Assembly: GCA_030704615.1 (NCBI GenBank)
Contig: CM060732.1
Coordinates: 35,092,001 to 35,156,000, forward strand
Direction of reading: 5' to 3'
From: Takakia lepidozioides
Taxonomy: Eukaryota; Plantae; Bryophyta
Length of the DNA stretch: 64,000 nt
The notes under the pieces were generated by a model. It did not search any database. It was not told the DNA's origin and saw only the letters and a list, made by a program, of their open reading frames with translations. This document shows, in pieces, positions 52,601 to 64,000 of this stretch. The translations under genes were made by a program, and so were the position numbers. Each line of letters starts with the position of its first letter. The stretch's first letter is position 1.

Positions 52601-55600
52601 TGGCGTCTCCTTAGAATTTTCCCTTTTATATAGACCAGATTTGGGAGATTGGCAACCGGGATATCTGAATTTCTTCCTGAAGTTCTTTCTTTATGTCAAG
52701 ACCCTCTGTACCACGAACTAGAGTCCACTGGAGTTCCCCTAATCCAGTTTTGGGGGTCTAACCAATTTCTCTCTGGGAGCAATCGTGGAGAGGTCTCCTG
52801 CACTATGGCAAGATTTACTGGCCTCCTTGAGCTTGAGTCGGCACTCTTCTATTTCTCAAAAAGTATCTCTTACCACATTGAGGAGGCCACAAGGCTGCGG
52901 CAAACAATGTCTTGAGAGGACACTCTTACACATTGAGGAGTATATTTGGGTCTCTTTCCCAATAAGAGTAGTTTGGTGGTTTTAAGGTGACTTCAGTTTG
53001 CTTACAATCTTCCTGAACCTGCAGGAATAGCAGCAGAGACTGCAGGGTTGGCAGCTACCCGTAAAGCTCTGGCCAGCATTTCCGGTGAAATCCGTAACCG
53101 CATTACAGATGAAGTTGATAGCTGGTGCCGGAAGATGCAGGTGGCTTTGCCAAATAGGAAAGTTAGAACCTTTTACTCATCTGCGGGGTTAAATCCTCAG
53201 ATGACAATGGCACAGCAGAACAGTGAAGGGACTACACTAACAGCACACCCATCGACAAAGCTTCTATCCTGCTCTATGGCTACTGGGGTTTCTGCAGAGC
53301 AATTCACAAAGGGTCATTTTTCTCCATTAGTATCAGAAAGTCTTGAGCCATCTCTAACAATTAATGTTGAATCTGTCCCTGGAACTGGAATAAGGAGCAA
53401 AATAAGTGCTCTTGCATCCAAAGTGCAGGAAACTGAGGATCCAGTTATAAATGTTGAGAGGCAGACGTATGTGAGCCCGCAGCATGTTACTGCTGAAACT
53501 GGAACTAACTTGAAAATGTGTCAATCCAGCATCTCAGAAGAGGTGGCAAAATCTAGTATGGCTGTGAAGCGGCAGCTCTCCTTTTCTCTTAGTGGACTAG
53601 AGAGGGAGAGGAGGAGCCCTCGTGCAGGACAACCAGTAAGTGGGCAACCAGCAAGGGTTTGTATTCATGAACAGGTGAAGACTGCACAGGAGAGGGTGAT
53701 ATGTGATTCAGAAGAATCAGAATCCAGGTGGGATAGGGGCAGGGAGACCAGGAGTCCAGTGGAGGCAGTGCACAGCCTTCATGGGCATGGCATGGAGACA
53801 CTCACTAATAATTTAGGGACATTGATAAAGGGCTGTGAAGACTTGGTTAGTGCTAGTCCAAAGAAATCAATGGGTTGGCAGGAGACGGAGAGGGTGGATA
53901 CGAATGGTGAACAAGTAATAATCAGGCTCATAAGGGGGAGAAGTTACTCAGAGAGTGTGAAAACTGGGCAACATATGGTTGCTGCCTCAGAAGTGTGTGC
54001 ATCTGGAGATCAAGAGAGGGTAACAAACATGCACAAGGAGAGGGCAATGAACCAGCAGGAGCTGTTAGAGGGTAAGCCAGTATCACTGGCTTATCGCATA
54101 ATAGAAGCTTGCCTGAAGGCGCTCAACTGCTGCTCAGCTGAACCCTTTGGAGATGAGAATCAGCACTTACTGCGCCATCACCTCGCAGGGGTCTGTGTTG
54201 CAATGGAGGGTCTGTTACTCCGCACTCATGGAGGGAGACTGCCAGGGGGCGTTGATGCACTGATGTTTCAGCGTGGGCCGTATGTACCAAATTGCAGGTA
54301 GGTGAGGTCAGATGCATGTTTGCATTTTAGTTTATGTTGAAATTGTTTCCCGAAGATACTGAACTGGATGATAGCTGTGGCAGTCCATTGAAGGTAGTAT
54401 ACTGCACTGCACAGTCTCTTATGCAGGCATTAGGGAGCTCGTGTTTGGGCCCCACTTGCAAAGTGCTACAACATAGAGTGAACATGGTGTTACTGTTGCA
54501 GATACTCCCTTCTTTCTATTTGTGAAGAGAACCAATCAAAGACATAAGAACAGCCAATGTTCTGATAGAGGTCGTACTATTTCTGCCCCATGTGATGGCC
54601 ATGGTTTGTAGTTGGACTCGTTGCACCACCTTTACGCGTCTTGGGTGTGATTGTCATCTCAGGGTGGGACAACGAGAGGGCATGGTGGCTTCAGGTGATG
54701 GTGCGAGTCACCTGCACGGCTGCGGGGAAGCTTCGTGCATTAATACTCAAAAAAGTGGAGCTGAGGTTCTCAACAGGGAAAGGATTGTGGAGACGGGGTT
54801 GGCTCGCTGCACTCTTGCGCTTGCCGTGCAACTTGCCCTTTTGAACCCCTCTGTATGCTTTGGGTCTAAGTTTGAGACTCTGGAATGCCCGTCATATGCG
54901 AGTGGTGAAGCTAGCAGTCGCCAAGATCAAAAGAGTACTTTTCAAGCTGGACTCCCCATTATAGACGTCAGTGGGTGTGTTCTAGAGGTCTGGAATGATG
55001 AGGTGAAAGTCATCTCTAAGAAGGATCAGCTGGTGCCTCATTTGCGCTTCTTATGCAACGTTCCCTGTACCCCGGTGCCAGCATTGGAGTATGAAGATGA
55101 TAGGGACCTGGGTTCTCAGACACAATGCGGAATTGCTGGTGGAGCTTCTGACAAAGGACTGATGGATGCCCTCATAGCCATGTGGAAAGGATTAGTAGCC
55201 CGTGGCATTCTGTCAGTGACTTTTTTAGTTGGAGAGTTACTAGCTGCTTGGAGGTGGAGGCTGGCCCTTAGGTTGGAGCCATGGCGGGAATCGCCGAGCT
55301 CTTGGTTGCACACTGTTCAGCATGGCATGGGAGATGTAGTGGTAGAGTTGATGAAAGCCGGCCCGGAATCTTGTCTGAATCAGGTGGAAATACTCCTTCG
55401 TATGTTTGTGGTAAATATGTCAAGCAGAAATGAGGAGGAGGGAGATGGTTTGGGTGCTGCCAGCACCCTCACCAGGGGATTCACAGCAAATGCTAATTTG
55501 CTTCCCGTGGAAATTATCTCCAGAAAGGATTTGACTGGTTCAAACACTCCAAGTACTAAGCAAGAAGCACGGAAGCTTGCTTTGGGGCTGGCTATTCATG

Positions 55601-55761
55601 TGCTACATTGCTACTCCCTGTCACCAAGAACTCTTGTTGCATTTGATCTGGATTCTTGTCACATTCCATTGAGGCAAGATGCTGAGGAGACTTGTTTCAA
55701 TTCTCTTCATACTGTGGTTGATGCACTTCTCCAAGAGGCAGATAACTTAACTAAAATTTGA
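40697..55761 (+). CDS. CDAN1: Codanin-1 homologue, ~18 exons (e.g. 40697-40885, ~41506-42027, 42583-42966, 43203-43557, 43973-44247, 44432-44627, 45302-45327, 45605-45799, 46222-46380; long terminal exons 53045-54297 and ~54663-55761)
   Basis: SFAVAFLKHVR, EEDFPALG, KRRVTPTP, LVPSLLEELHLL, VSLPFQAARDSR, NNREQCRDQFY, KLQRLHDRL, FLQAADS, LPWVLEFL, RYIQHCCPLL, RKITPV, LRRVADFVVDTVASN; GT-AG junctions phase-consistent where checked. Confidence 0.88.
50440..51660 (-). mobile_element. 5'-truncated RTE-X-like LINE in a CDAN1 intron
   Basis: NLQELIDCAKRYFDLWRLEANVSK; NWDAHIQEVV; LIRPTLEYPSAVW; C-terminal MCGRPEDNIHFRYKCPGYSHYR. Confidence 0.8.
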
Positions 55762-55899
55762 GCACTTTCAAACCATTGCCTGTTTTTGGTGTAGGTTTTT
55801 AATGTCAGATATCTGTGTCACCCCCAGCCTCTCTCTCTCTGTCTCTCTCTTCTGCTTGTCTCCTGTCCTCTAGGAAGCCTATTGACATTGGGTGGACTT

Positions 55900-58442
55900 G
55901 ATACGGGAGTACATTAATGTCTCTGTGACTAAATGCCGGCCTTGTGACCTCGTGTCCTTGTTTGTTTCGACCTGAAGCGCTTTGCTTCAGGTAAGGTAGT
56001 GCATTGGATTTAGTTGGAAAGCTTGGGGCCTTTCCCTCTTTAGAATATGCCTACACGGGCCATTCCCTGCAACTCCCTGGAGTGTGATCTCTGAATGGTA
56101 ACAAGCGGACTCCTACCGCTTGGGGGCAGCCCCTCCGCCCAAATTGGGCAGTCGTATGCTCTGTCTAGCATACTCGGCACTTGGGCTCGGGTTGGTTCCT
56201 GTGCTTAAACTTATAGCCTGCGAGAACAATTAAGAATTTAGCTCCTATCAACATCAACACTCCTCAGGGTGATCCCTGGGAATTGGTTACTTATGCCAAA
56301 TCTAGGGCTTCATGTGTAGTTTTTGGGGTGAATCCCAGGATGGACGATGTGTCCTTTAAAACTACATGCTCTAGCTTAGGCTTGGATTTCATGGCTAATT
56401 GGTACCATCACGAGACTTGATAACAGGGTACGTTGAAGGTTGCAATGACCAAAAGTGCTTCTAATAGAGTCCCGCATCAATTCAATCTCAAAGAAGTTCG
56501 TCCCTTGACTGGCTGGAGAGTGGTCTTAGACATTGGTGATTCAATGGGGCGCTCTAGGAAGACAACCAAGGGCAACGACTTCAACTTGAGAGTTTCTAAT
56601 CGGTTTGATGCTCTGGATGAGGTTGAATCCAAACAGCCAGAAGGACAAGATGCCCCTAAATGTACGGAACCCGAACGTCCTGAATCTGAAGGATTTGGTA
56701 CTCTGAATGGTTTACCAATCCTCAAGGTTTACACAAGACGAACAAATTCTATACACGGGGTAATTGTCCGCAAGCACTCAGATGGACAATCTGTCCCTAA
56801 GTGTGCAGAGCATGAACGTCGTGTAACTGAAGGATTTGGTACTCTAAATGCTTTACCAATCCTCAAAGTCTACACAAGACGAGCAAAATCTATACACGGG
56901 GTAATTGTCCCCAAGCAGTCTGACAGACAATCTGCCCCTATGTGGTGGGAGCCTGTGCGTCGTGTAACTAAAAGATTTGGTACCCTGAATGGTTTACCAA
57001 TTCTCAAAGTTTACACAAGACGAGCAAAATCTACACATGGGGTAACTGTCCCCCTTTGCAGAACGGTTGGCCGTCCAGGAGCAATCACAAGCTACCTAGA
57101 CGACAAACAATTCACATGTAAAGGGCTGGCTTGCAGCTGGCCACTTTCAACTTCTCAGGGTTGACCAACCAAAGGAAACAACTCGAAGTGGGACAAGTTC
57201 TTCGGACTAATGATATTCATATCTGTGCTAGGCAAGAAACATGGGAAACGTCGGATAAACTGGTTGGAGATGTCAATGGTTATAAATGGGCAGGTAAGAT
57301 GTGTACTCTCAAGGCAGCCTCTGCCAAACGCGGTCAAAAAGGGGTTGGATTCTTTGTCCGTGATTTCTTGTTTGACAATTGTGAAATTATCAACAAGGGT
57401 TTGAGGTACGAGCATAGTATCTGGCTAAAACTGAATCTGAAGGGCGGCATGAGTACAAAGGACCTCTTTGTTGGTTGTGTTTACATGCCCACAGAGGGGA
57501 CCCTTAGTGTGCTGACGCAGACAAGGCCTTCGAAGATGTAAAGCTGGACTGTGCTTCGTTCCTTGCCAAAGGTCAGGTGGTACTATTGGGGGACTTCAAT
57601 GCCCGGGTGGCAAAGGGATCCATTAGGACGATATCATTGGACCTTTTGGTGAGGACGAGCTGAATTCTAATGGCAGACGGTTAATTAACTGTCTAGAAGA
57701 GCTTCAGCTTTTGACCTTGAATAACAGGACAAGAGTGACCAAGTGCAGTGGACTCGTGAGAAATCCCAAACTGGGGAACGTTCCATTGTGGACTATATCA
57801 TAATGGACAAAATTTTGTTCCCCCAGTGTGCCAATGTGTGGATCGACGGAACTGATATTGGTACCTCTGACCACTTCCTGGTTTGGACTGAGATCAAAAG
57901 GTGTTTTCCCACCACCAAGAGATCTGTGAAACGTTCGATTCGGAAGTGGCGCATAGAAAAATTCCACAATGAGGAGGTCAAGGCTGAGTACGTCCAGGCC
58001 TTGCAAGAGGCTCTCCCTCATTTTGTCCAATCGCTCCAAGAACTTCAGTCACGCTCTGTTAACGCAAGAAATGAAGTCGAAAGAGCAGTGGACTCTTGGG
58101 AGAGTTTCGTTTCCTCCGTGGCTGACAAGATCATTGGGAGGAAACTAATTGTCTGCGGTAGAGCAGTTAATTGGTGGACCAATGAGATTAAACTCAAGAT
58201 AGCTGAGAGACGGGAAGGCTTTTGACACAGTGTGGAGAGATGGCCTATGGTTCCGCCTCTGGTCTTGTGGGATCAAGGGAAAGATGTGGAGAGTTGTCCA
58301 CAACTTGTATGCTCACACCAAAAGTTGTGTCACTGTTAACGGACAGAAGTCCAACTTCTTTGACATAGACCAAGGTGTAGCTCAAGGATGTACTCTCTCC
58401 CCTCTACTCTTCAATGTTTTCATCAGAACTCTTGAAACATGA
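55900..58442 (+). mobile_element. RTE-X-like LINE: ORF1-like 56433-57164, ORF2 EN and partial RT, internally deleted and 3'-truncated
   Basis: LATFNFSGL, QETW, GVGFFV, GCVYMP, LGDFNA, SIVDYI, SDH; KAFDTVWRDGLW..QGVAQGCTLSPLLFNVFI. Confidence 0.9.
56643..57052 (+). repeat. Three in-frame 141 bp (47 aa) tandem repeats
   Basis: GFGTLNGLPILKVYTRR units at 56691, 56832, 56973. Confidence 0.9.
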
Positions 58443-58560
58443 AAATTTAGGGTGATTCTGATAAGAGGGGAAAACAGAGTGAAATGACATGGCATTGAAA
58501 AGAACACAAGTTCATAGAGGGGGAATGGTACCTGGGAGATTCAATGAGCTGCTTCACCAT

Positions 58561-61500
58561 CACTACAACAGATGAGCGTTTTTATGACTGCACATATGAC
58601 TATTTTTTCAGTCCTATATGCGTTCATGACTATATCACTCTGTAGTGAAAAAAACCCTGTCATAGCGACTAGTCTTTAGGATTGCGTTTTGCAAGTCATA
58701 GCCGTGACTGCGTGCGTGGCACCTGGAGTCATGCTGTAGAGAGGATGTAGTCACAACTATATGATTTATATATGACTAACTATATGACTACATGTCTACA
58801 AAGTATAACTCCATTGGAGAGGCGTCAGAGAGACATATGTAGCACTCCGGATGTGACATGTGTCCACATGGACAACATATATGACCCACACGTGGGAAAG
58901 AATATCGTATCATATAATGCCACGTTGCCATGATGTAGTCATGAGTATATAACTTCATGACTAAAGAGGTTTTTTAATAATATTTTAATTTAATAAATTA
59001 AATCATACATAATATTTAGATTATTAATTGATTTAAATTCTCATTAAGTATCTAGGAAAATAGAATGGAAGCCATTGTTGTCTTTTTTTATTATTTTTAT
59101 TTTTGTTAACAAAGAGGGACAGTGGGGACAGTGGCCTCTAGAACTTTATAGGTAATGGACATAAAATGTCCTTGGATACAAAGAGGAAAAATAACCTCTG
59201 GATAGAGTGCCATAGAGGCTAAAAGAGGAAGCCACAGCTTCGCGTACCAAGACAAGAAAGAGTAGTAAGAAGGAAGGCAAGCAAAGAAGGGGGTCTGCAT
59301 AGAGCTAAAGAGTCTAGCAGGAAAAGAGACTGCAGCCAGAAACTACTGCCATAACTTGGAAACAGAAAGGCACCGAGCTAAGGAGAAGAACTGAAAATCA
59401 GCTAACAATGTCATAAGAAAACTGGGCCCTAGGCCTAGCCTTCCACTTCCTAAAAGATCTACAGATGGAGAGACATCCCTGCAGGGGTCGTGCTCTTCAG
59501 CTCAAGACAACCAATTGATCATCTATCCATGCAGGTTTCTTGTAGCTATCCTTGCACATGGAATCATATGTAATCTGGAGATTGAAATCCGGCCCTCTTT
59601 GATGAATCTGGACCATGCACTCTATCCCTGCTCCTTCAGCTATCCATGCCTCTGCACAAATCATGTATATATGTATCATGTATCAGAGGAGGAGAGAGAG
59701 AGAGAGAGAGTCATTACCATGTCACATTCCCAATCTCTGGGGGAGCTTAAGAATACAGTTCGTAATCAAAAAAGCCCTTTAAAAATATTGGCTTGGTAAT
59801 TCTTGGGTCCAAATAGCTTAAACAAGTATGTTGTAAGCTCAACAAGTCTTTGAGAAAACCATTCCAGCAGGCCTAAGAGTGAGAGCTTTGATGAAAACAA
59901 TTCCCTATTACAGCTTTAAAGGACTTGCATGTTTCTAAAAGCACAAGCTGAACTGATTGTACTTCCATAAGTAGATGCATGGCTATAGTATGTATCCCAA
60001 GGCCTTATCCAGTCACTCTGCCAAGTTTTAGAGAGATCCTCAAAAATACCAGTCTGTAATCAGGTTATAATCTCCATGGGGGAGCCTGAAAGATGTATGT
60101 GTTCTTAAAAAGGCTTCCCAATGCCTTACTTAATACATTCTAAACTGGTGAGGCATAAACAGCATTGTCTGACTCTCCAAAAAGCCAGAAAACAGGTCTG
60201 GAAAAATGCATCCAATGTCACACTTGCATCACCAAACCCTTGTCATCACAACCAGCCCGAACCTTCACAATAAGGTCTGATTTCTAGGAGGCCCAGCCCA
60301 TTTACTTCCCTGACTTAACAGAACCAGAAATCAAAGTAAAGGTTTAAGGCATATCCCCCTTGAAGCAGAAAATTGCAACAACGGCAGCTTGCAGCATATC
60401 TTATCCCTCCTGCAGTAACCAGATCATCTGCAAGCCAAAGAGTTCATGCCAAGTGAAATCCCTCACCTGCGCCCGTCCCAAAAAACACAAAAAATGTTTT
60501 GTGCGTTAGTGAGGATGCGCGAGGTGAATTACAGGATTTCACAGTTGCTATCCATGTCAGGTATGAGCCATAAAGCATGCAAAGATCACAGAACCAGCAG
60601 AAGAAAGCATAGATGTGACACCACAAAGAACCTCAATCTTTTGTGGAGTAGGACGCTGCAGTGTTCCTCATCTGAATTTGAACGAGCACAACAGAATGCA
60701 ACGGGAGGAGAGTTGAGGACAGGTTGTATCTTGTAATACAGGCCGCTTCCCCACCTCCATAACCGCCGCTGCTTCATCAATGAGGAAAAAACGTAGGCAA
60801 ACATAACAGTATGTCATTTGCCATCGCGGGAGATGAAAGTGTCTGCCGTCATCGCGCGTTCAAAAAACAAGAACACACCCGTTCGGATCTTGCTGCTCGG
60901 GCATTCAGCCGCCATCGAGCATTCGTCCGCCATCGCCCTCTTCCAGAGAAAAAAAACACGCACGATATCGTGCTGTGTCTAGGGCAGAGAGACACTTAAA
61001 GGAAAACCACCCGCGATTTCATCCACCATCCGGTATGGATGGTATCAGACCAGGATGAAAAATGGGCATTCAATAGGTTTAAATCAAAGGAGCATAAACC
61101 TAAAATGCATTGAAATGCATATCTGCCTGTAAATCATCCAGTTATGGTTATAACAAAAATTTCATTCAATATGGATGAAACCTTAAAAACCCTATTGGAT
61201 GAACCTGGACCTCTATCCCTGGTCCTTTAGCTACCCCTGTCTGTGTACAAATCATGAATACTTGCTGCTAGCAGCTGACACTGACGGCGTGAAGTTCTTC
61301 TAGCAAACCCCAACCCTAATTATTACAGTAGTTCTAATTCTAAATTGCATCTACTTCTTTCTAGTGTAGTCGAACATGCATTCACCTTTTTGTCTCCATT
61401 ATCTCGCCATTGACTGGGGTCGGAAAAGTGTTCATTCCAAAGCTTCTCCTCATCTCTATTACCTGTTTTTGGATATATCCATGCTGCCAAACAGAGCAAA

Positions 61501-62694
61501 ACAGGCTGAAATAGGTCAAAGAAGAAGGTATCCTCACCACATTGTCCTTTACCTTGTATCATGACCCATAGAGGATTTGGCCGACCATCAGCCCAAAAGG
61601 ACCCCTTGTGTGTGTTGCTTGTATCTGTAGTCAGATAATGTTGGATTGGTATGTGAGATCGAACCACCACAGTGCAGCCGAGCAGGCAGAGATTGAAACA
61701 CGGCCTGCTAAGACCAAGCTGACTCTCCCAAGAACGGCGAGCGTCTCCTCGTCTCGTCTCTCTCCCAAAAACGGCGGGCTCACAAGAATGTTGGGATCTT
61801 CTCCTCGTCTCCTCTCCTTCTCCTCTTCTCCTTCCTGCATCATTTGTTCAAGAGTAGGAAGGTCTGCAAAGCCTCCATCCCACGCCCCTGCATATCCTAC
61901 GATCATCGCGTTCTGACACAACATCAAATAGATGGTGAAACGCAGGAGACAAAAAAGCCTAAGTCCCAGCCCGGTGTAAAGTTCGGCGGTGTAATCTTAA
62001 ACCGTTAGATCTTAAACAATCTAGACCGTTAGATCTTGTAAAATCTAACGATTCAAAATAATTTCCATCACATGATCTAACCTTGTACAACCACGTATTT
62101 TAATCTCATATATCTTGCGATCCTTGTTAAGCCACGTCCATCCAGGTCCAATTTATTGAACAGATATCAAATCGATACACCGTATAGGCGGATGGATGAA
62201 GCCATCCATTGAATGAATTCATTAATGTATATGCCTTTTAAATGACATGTGTAGTGATGTAGTCATATATATAGAGTTATGAAACAATTTGCAGTAAGGG
62301 ACTCATAAGTTTACATGCCATGTCATCGATGGATACACTCATCCAATGGATGAATACATTCATGTATGTGCTTTCAAAATGACACGTGTAGGGATGTAGT
62401 CGTATAAATAGAGCTGTAAAACCATCTTCAGTCATGGAGTCACAAGATTCCATGAAACGTCGTCCACGTCTAGTCAAACATATCACACTAGTCATAAAAC
62501 CATCCTTGTCATCATGGTCAACAATGTTTGACCAATGTTCCTTAATTTTCCGGAGTCATGTAGTGATATCCATTACTATAAAAGTGATAAAACTATGACT
62601 GCAACGCATTTCAGCGCTCTATAGTCGTGTACCTAGTGCCGTTTTTATGACTCCGCCAAATCCGTAGTCCTAAAAACGTTCATCTCTTGTAGTG
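58561..62694. mobile_element. Non-autonomous CACTA element, 4134 bp, TSD CAT
   Basis: TIR CACTACAACAGATGAGCGTTTTTATGACT / AGTCCTAAAAACGTTCATCTCTTGTAGTG; CAT at 58558-58560 and 62695-62697; ATGACT/AGTCAT subterminal repeats. Confidence 0.95.
61386..61483 (-). pseudogene. Captured exon resembling the PDF motif of organellar ssDNA-binding (OSB) proteins
   Basis: EEKLWNEHFSDPSQWRDNGDKK resembles LW..FF.NP..WWDNR..K; bounded by TTTGGCAG and GTGAAT splice sites. Confidence 0.6.
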
Positions 62695-62909
62695 CATGGT
62701 CGCTTGTAGTTGGATATTACTTGAGAGGAAGTAAGGAGGGTATAGGGCATGTAACCTGACCTGCATTCTGGTGTTTTCATAATGTGAGAGTCATTGGTCT
62801 GTCATTGTTGTGGATGTTTTGAGATGGTGAGTAGCAACCTGTTGTCTTAAGCATAGCGGAAATGTACATATATTGTTAGTGCTCATAATCATAAGTCCGA
62901 GTTCCTGTA

Positions 62910-64000
62910 TGGTGTGGATTGTCTCGGACCGCGATCCAAAGTTTACAAGTAAGTTTTGGAGGGCACTTTGGAAGAAAATGAGCACCGCCTTCCGACCTAC
63001 GACGGACGGCCAAACGGAAAGGGTGAATTCCGTGGTGAAGCAGATCTTGCGGAATTACGTGTCGGCAGACCAATCGGACTGGGTGGAACACTTGGATGCG
63101 GCAGGGTTCTGTTATAATAACACAAAACATTCCGCAACGGGAGTTTTCCCCTTCGTATTGGTTTATGGAAAAGCACCTCTGGTGCCGACAAGTTGGGCCG
63201 CCCAAGACGTTGAGGAACCGGCAGCAGCGGCAGTGCTGGAAGAACGCGAGCGTTTGTTGAAGCTCGCAAAGTACAACATTGCCAAAACTAGGAAACAATA
63301 TGAACGGCAGACGAATCGGAAGCGGAGGGAGGTTAAGTTTGAGGCAGGCACGGAGGTCTGGTTGAACATCAAGAATTTTCGACTATCTCCGGAAGTGAGT
63401 CCGAAGTTCGTACCTCCGTATGCGGGACCTTTTCGCATCCGGAAGGTTATGAATGAGGATGTGTATGAATTGGAGCTGCCGGCAAACAGCAAGGTGCATC
63501 CGATTCCACGTCTCCCTTTTGAAGCCTTACTTCAAAGATGAAGCGCGTCCGAATCGGCCTCAAGTGTTGCGTCCGCCACCTATGCTGTTGGATCATGAAA
63601 ATGGATCCGAGTACGAGGTGGAGGCAGTGCTTAAGTCGAGGAGGTTCAAGAATCGAGAAACGGAGCATCTCGTGAAATGGAAGGGCTATCATCATGAGGA
63701 GGCATCTTCGGTGCGTGCCTCAGAAATGGGGAACGCATCCGAGGCGGTTGCAGCTTTCGAAGGGCGACCTCAAAAGCGGAAGAAACGTTGATGGGGACAT
63801 CAACCTTGGAGCGTGGTGGAGGAAATGCATGCTTAGCCCGGCTTAGCTAGCTCAAGAATCCGATTGCAAAAACTTGTATTGTACAAATTTTGTTATAAAT
63901 GAAATGGTTTCCAAATGTTGTGCGTCCTATTTTGTTTGGAATGGTGATGCATGGTATGGTTGGCTAGTGTGTAGAATGCATGCTAAGCTTACAAAGTGGG
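62910..64000 (+). mobile_element. Ty3/Gypsy chromovirus 3' fragment: integrase, GPY/F, chromodomain, probable PPT and LTR start
   Basis: IVSDRDPKFTSKFW, TDGQTERVN, YAGPFRI, FHVSLLKPY, EYEVEAVLKSR..HLVKWKGY; purine tract ~63808-63824. Confidence 0.92.

Overview
Eukaryotic nuclear DNA with GT-AG introns and many TEs, most likely from a non-seed land plant (bryophyte-like; inferred from TE and gene families, not proven). Host genes: a long multi-exon codanin-1 (CDAN1) homologue (+, ~40.7-55.8 kb) and a nucellin/Asp1-like A1 aspartic protease pseudogene (-, 17.2-34.2 kb) whose last intron holds an 11.6 kb Mutator-like element. The rest is nested TE material: an L1-type LINE, a Copia fragment between 770 bp direct repeats, tRNA-derived SINEs, a Helitron-like head-to-tail array, RTE-X-like LINEs, a 4.1 kb CACTA with TSD and a captured exon, and a chromovirus. 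The most notable feature is at ~10.9-15.9 kb: eight regularly spaced 30 bp palindromes (GGATGGAAATTCGGCGCCGAATTTCCATCC) upstream of a spliced gene that appears to fuse a ParB-like domain to a prokaryote-type beta-class N6A/N4C DNA methyltransferase. This is a candidate TE-borne ParB/parS-like plus methylase module, and this copy looks partly degenerate. All protein assignments come from motif recognition by eye; no searches were run.
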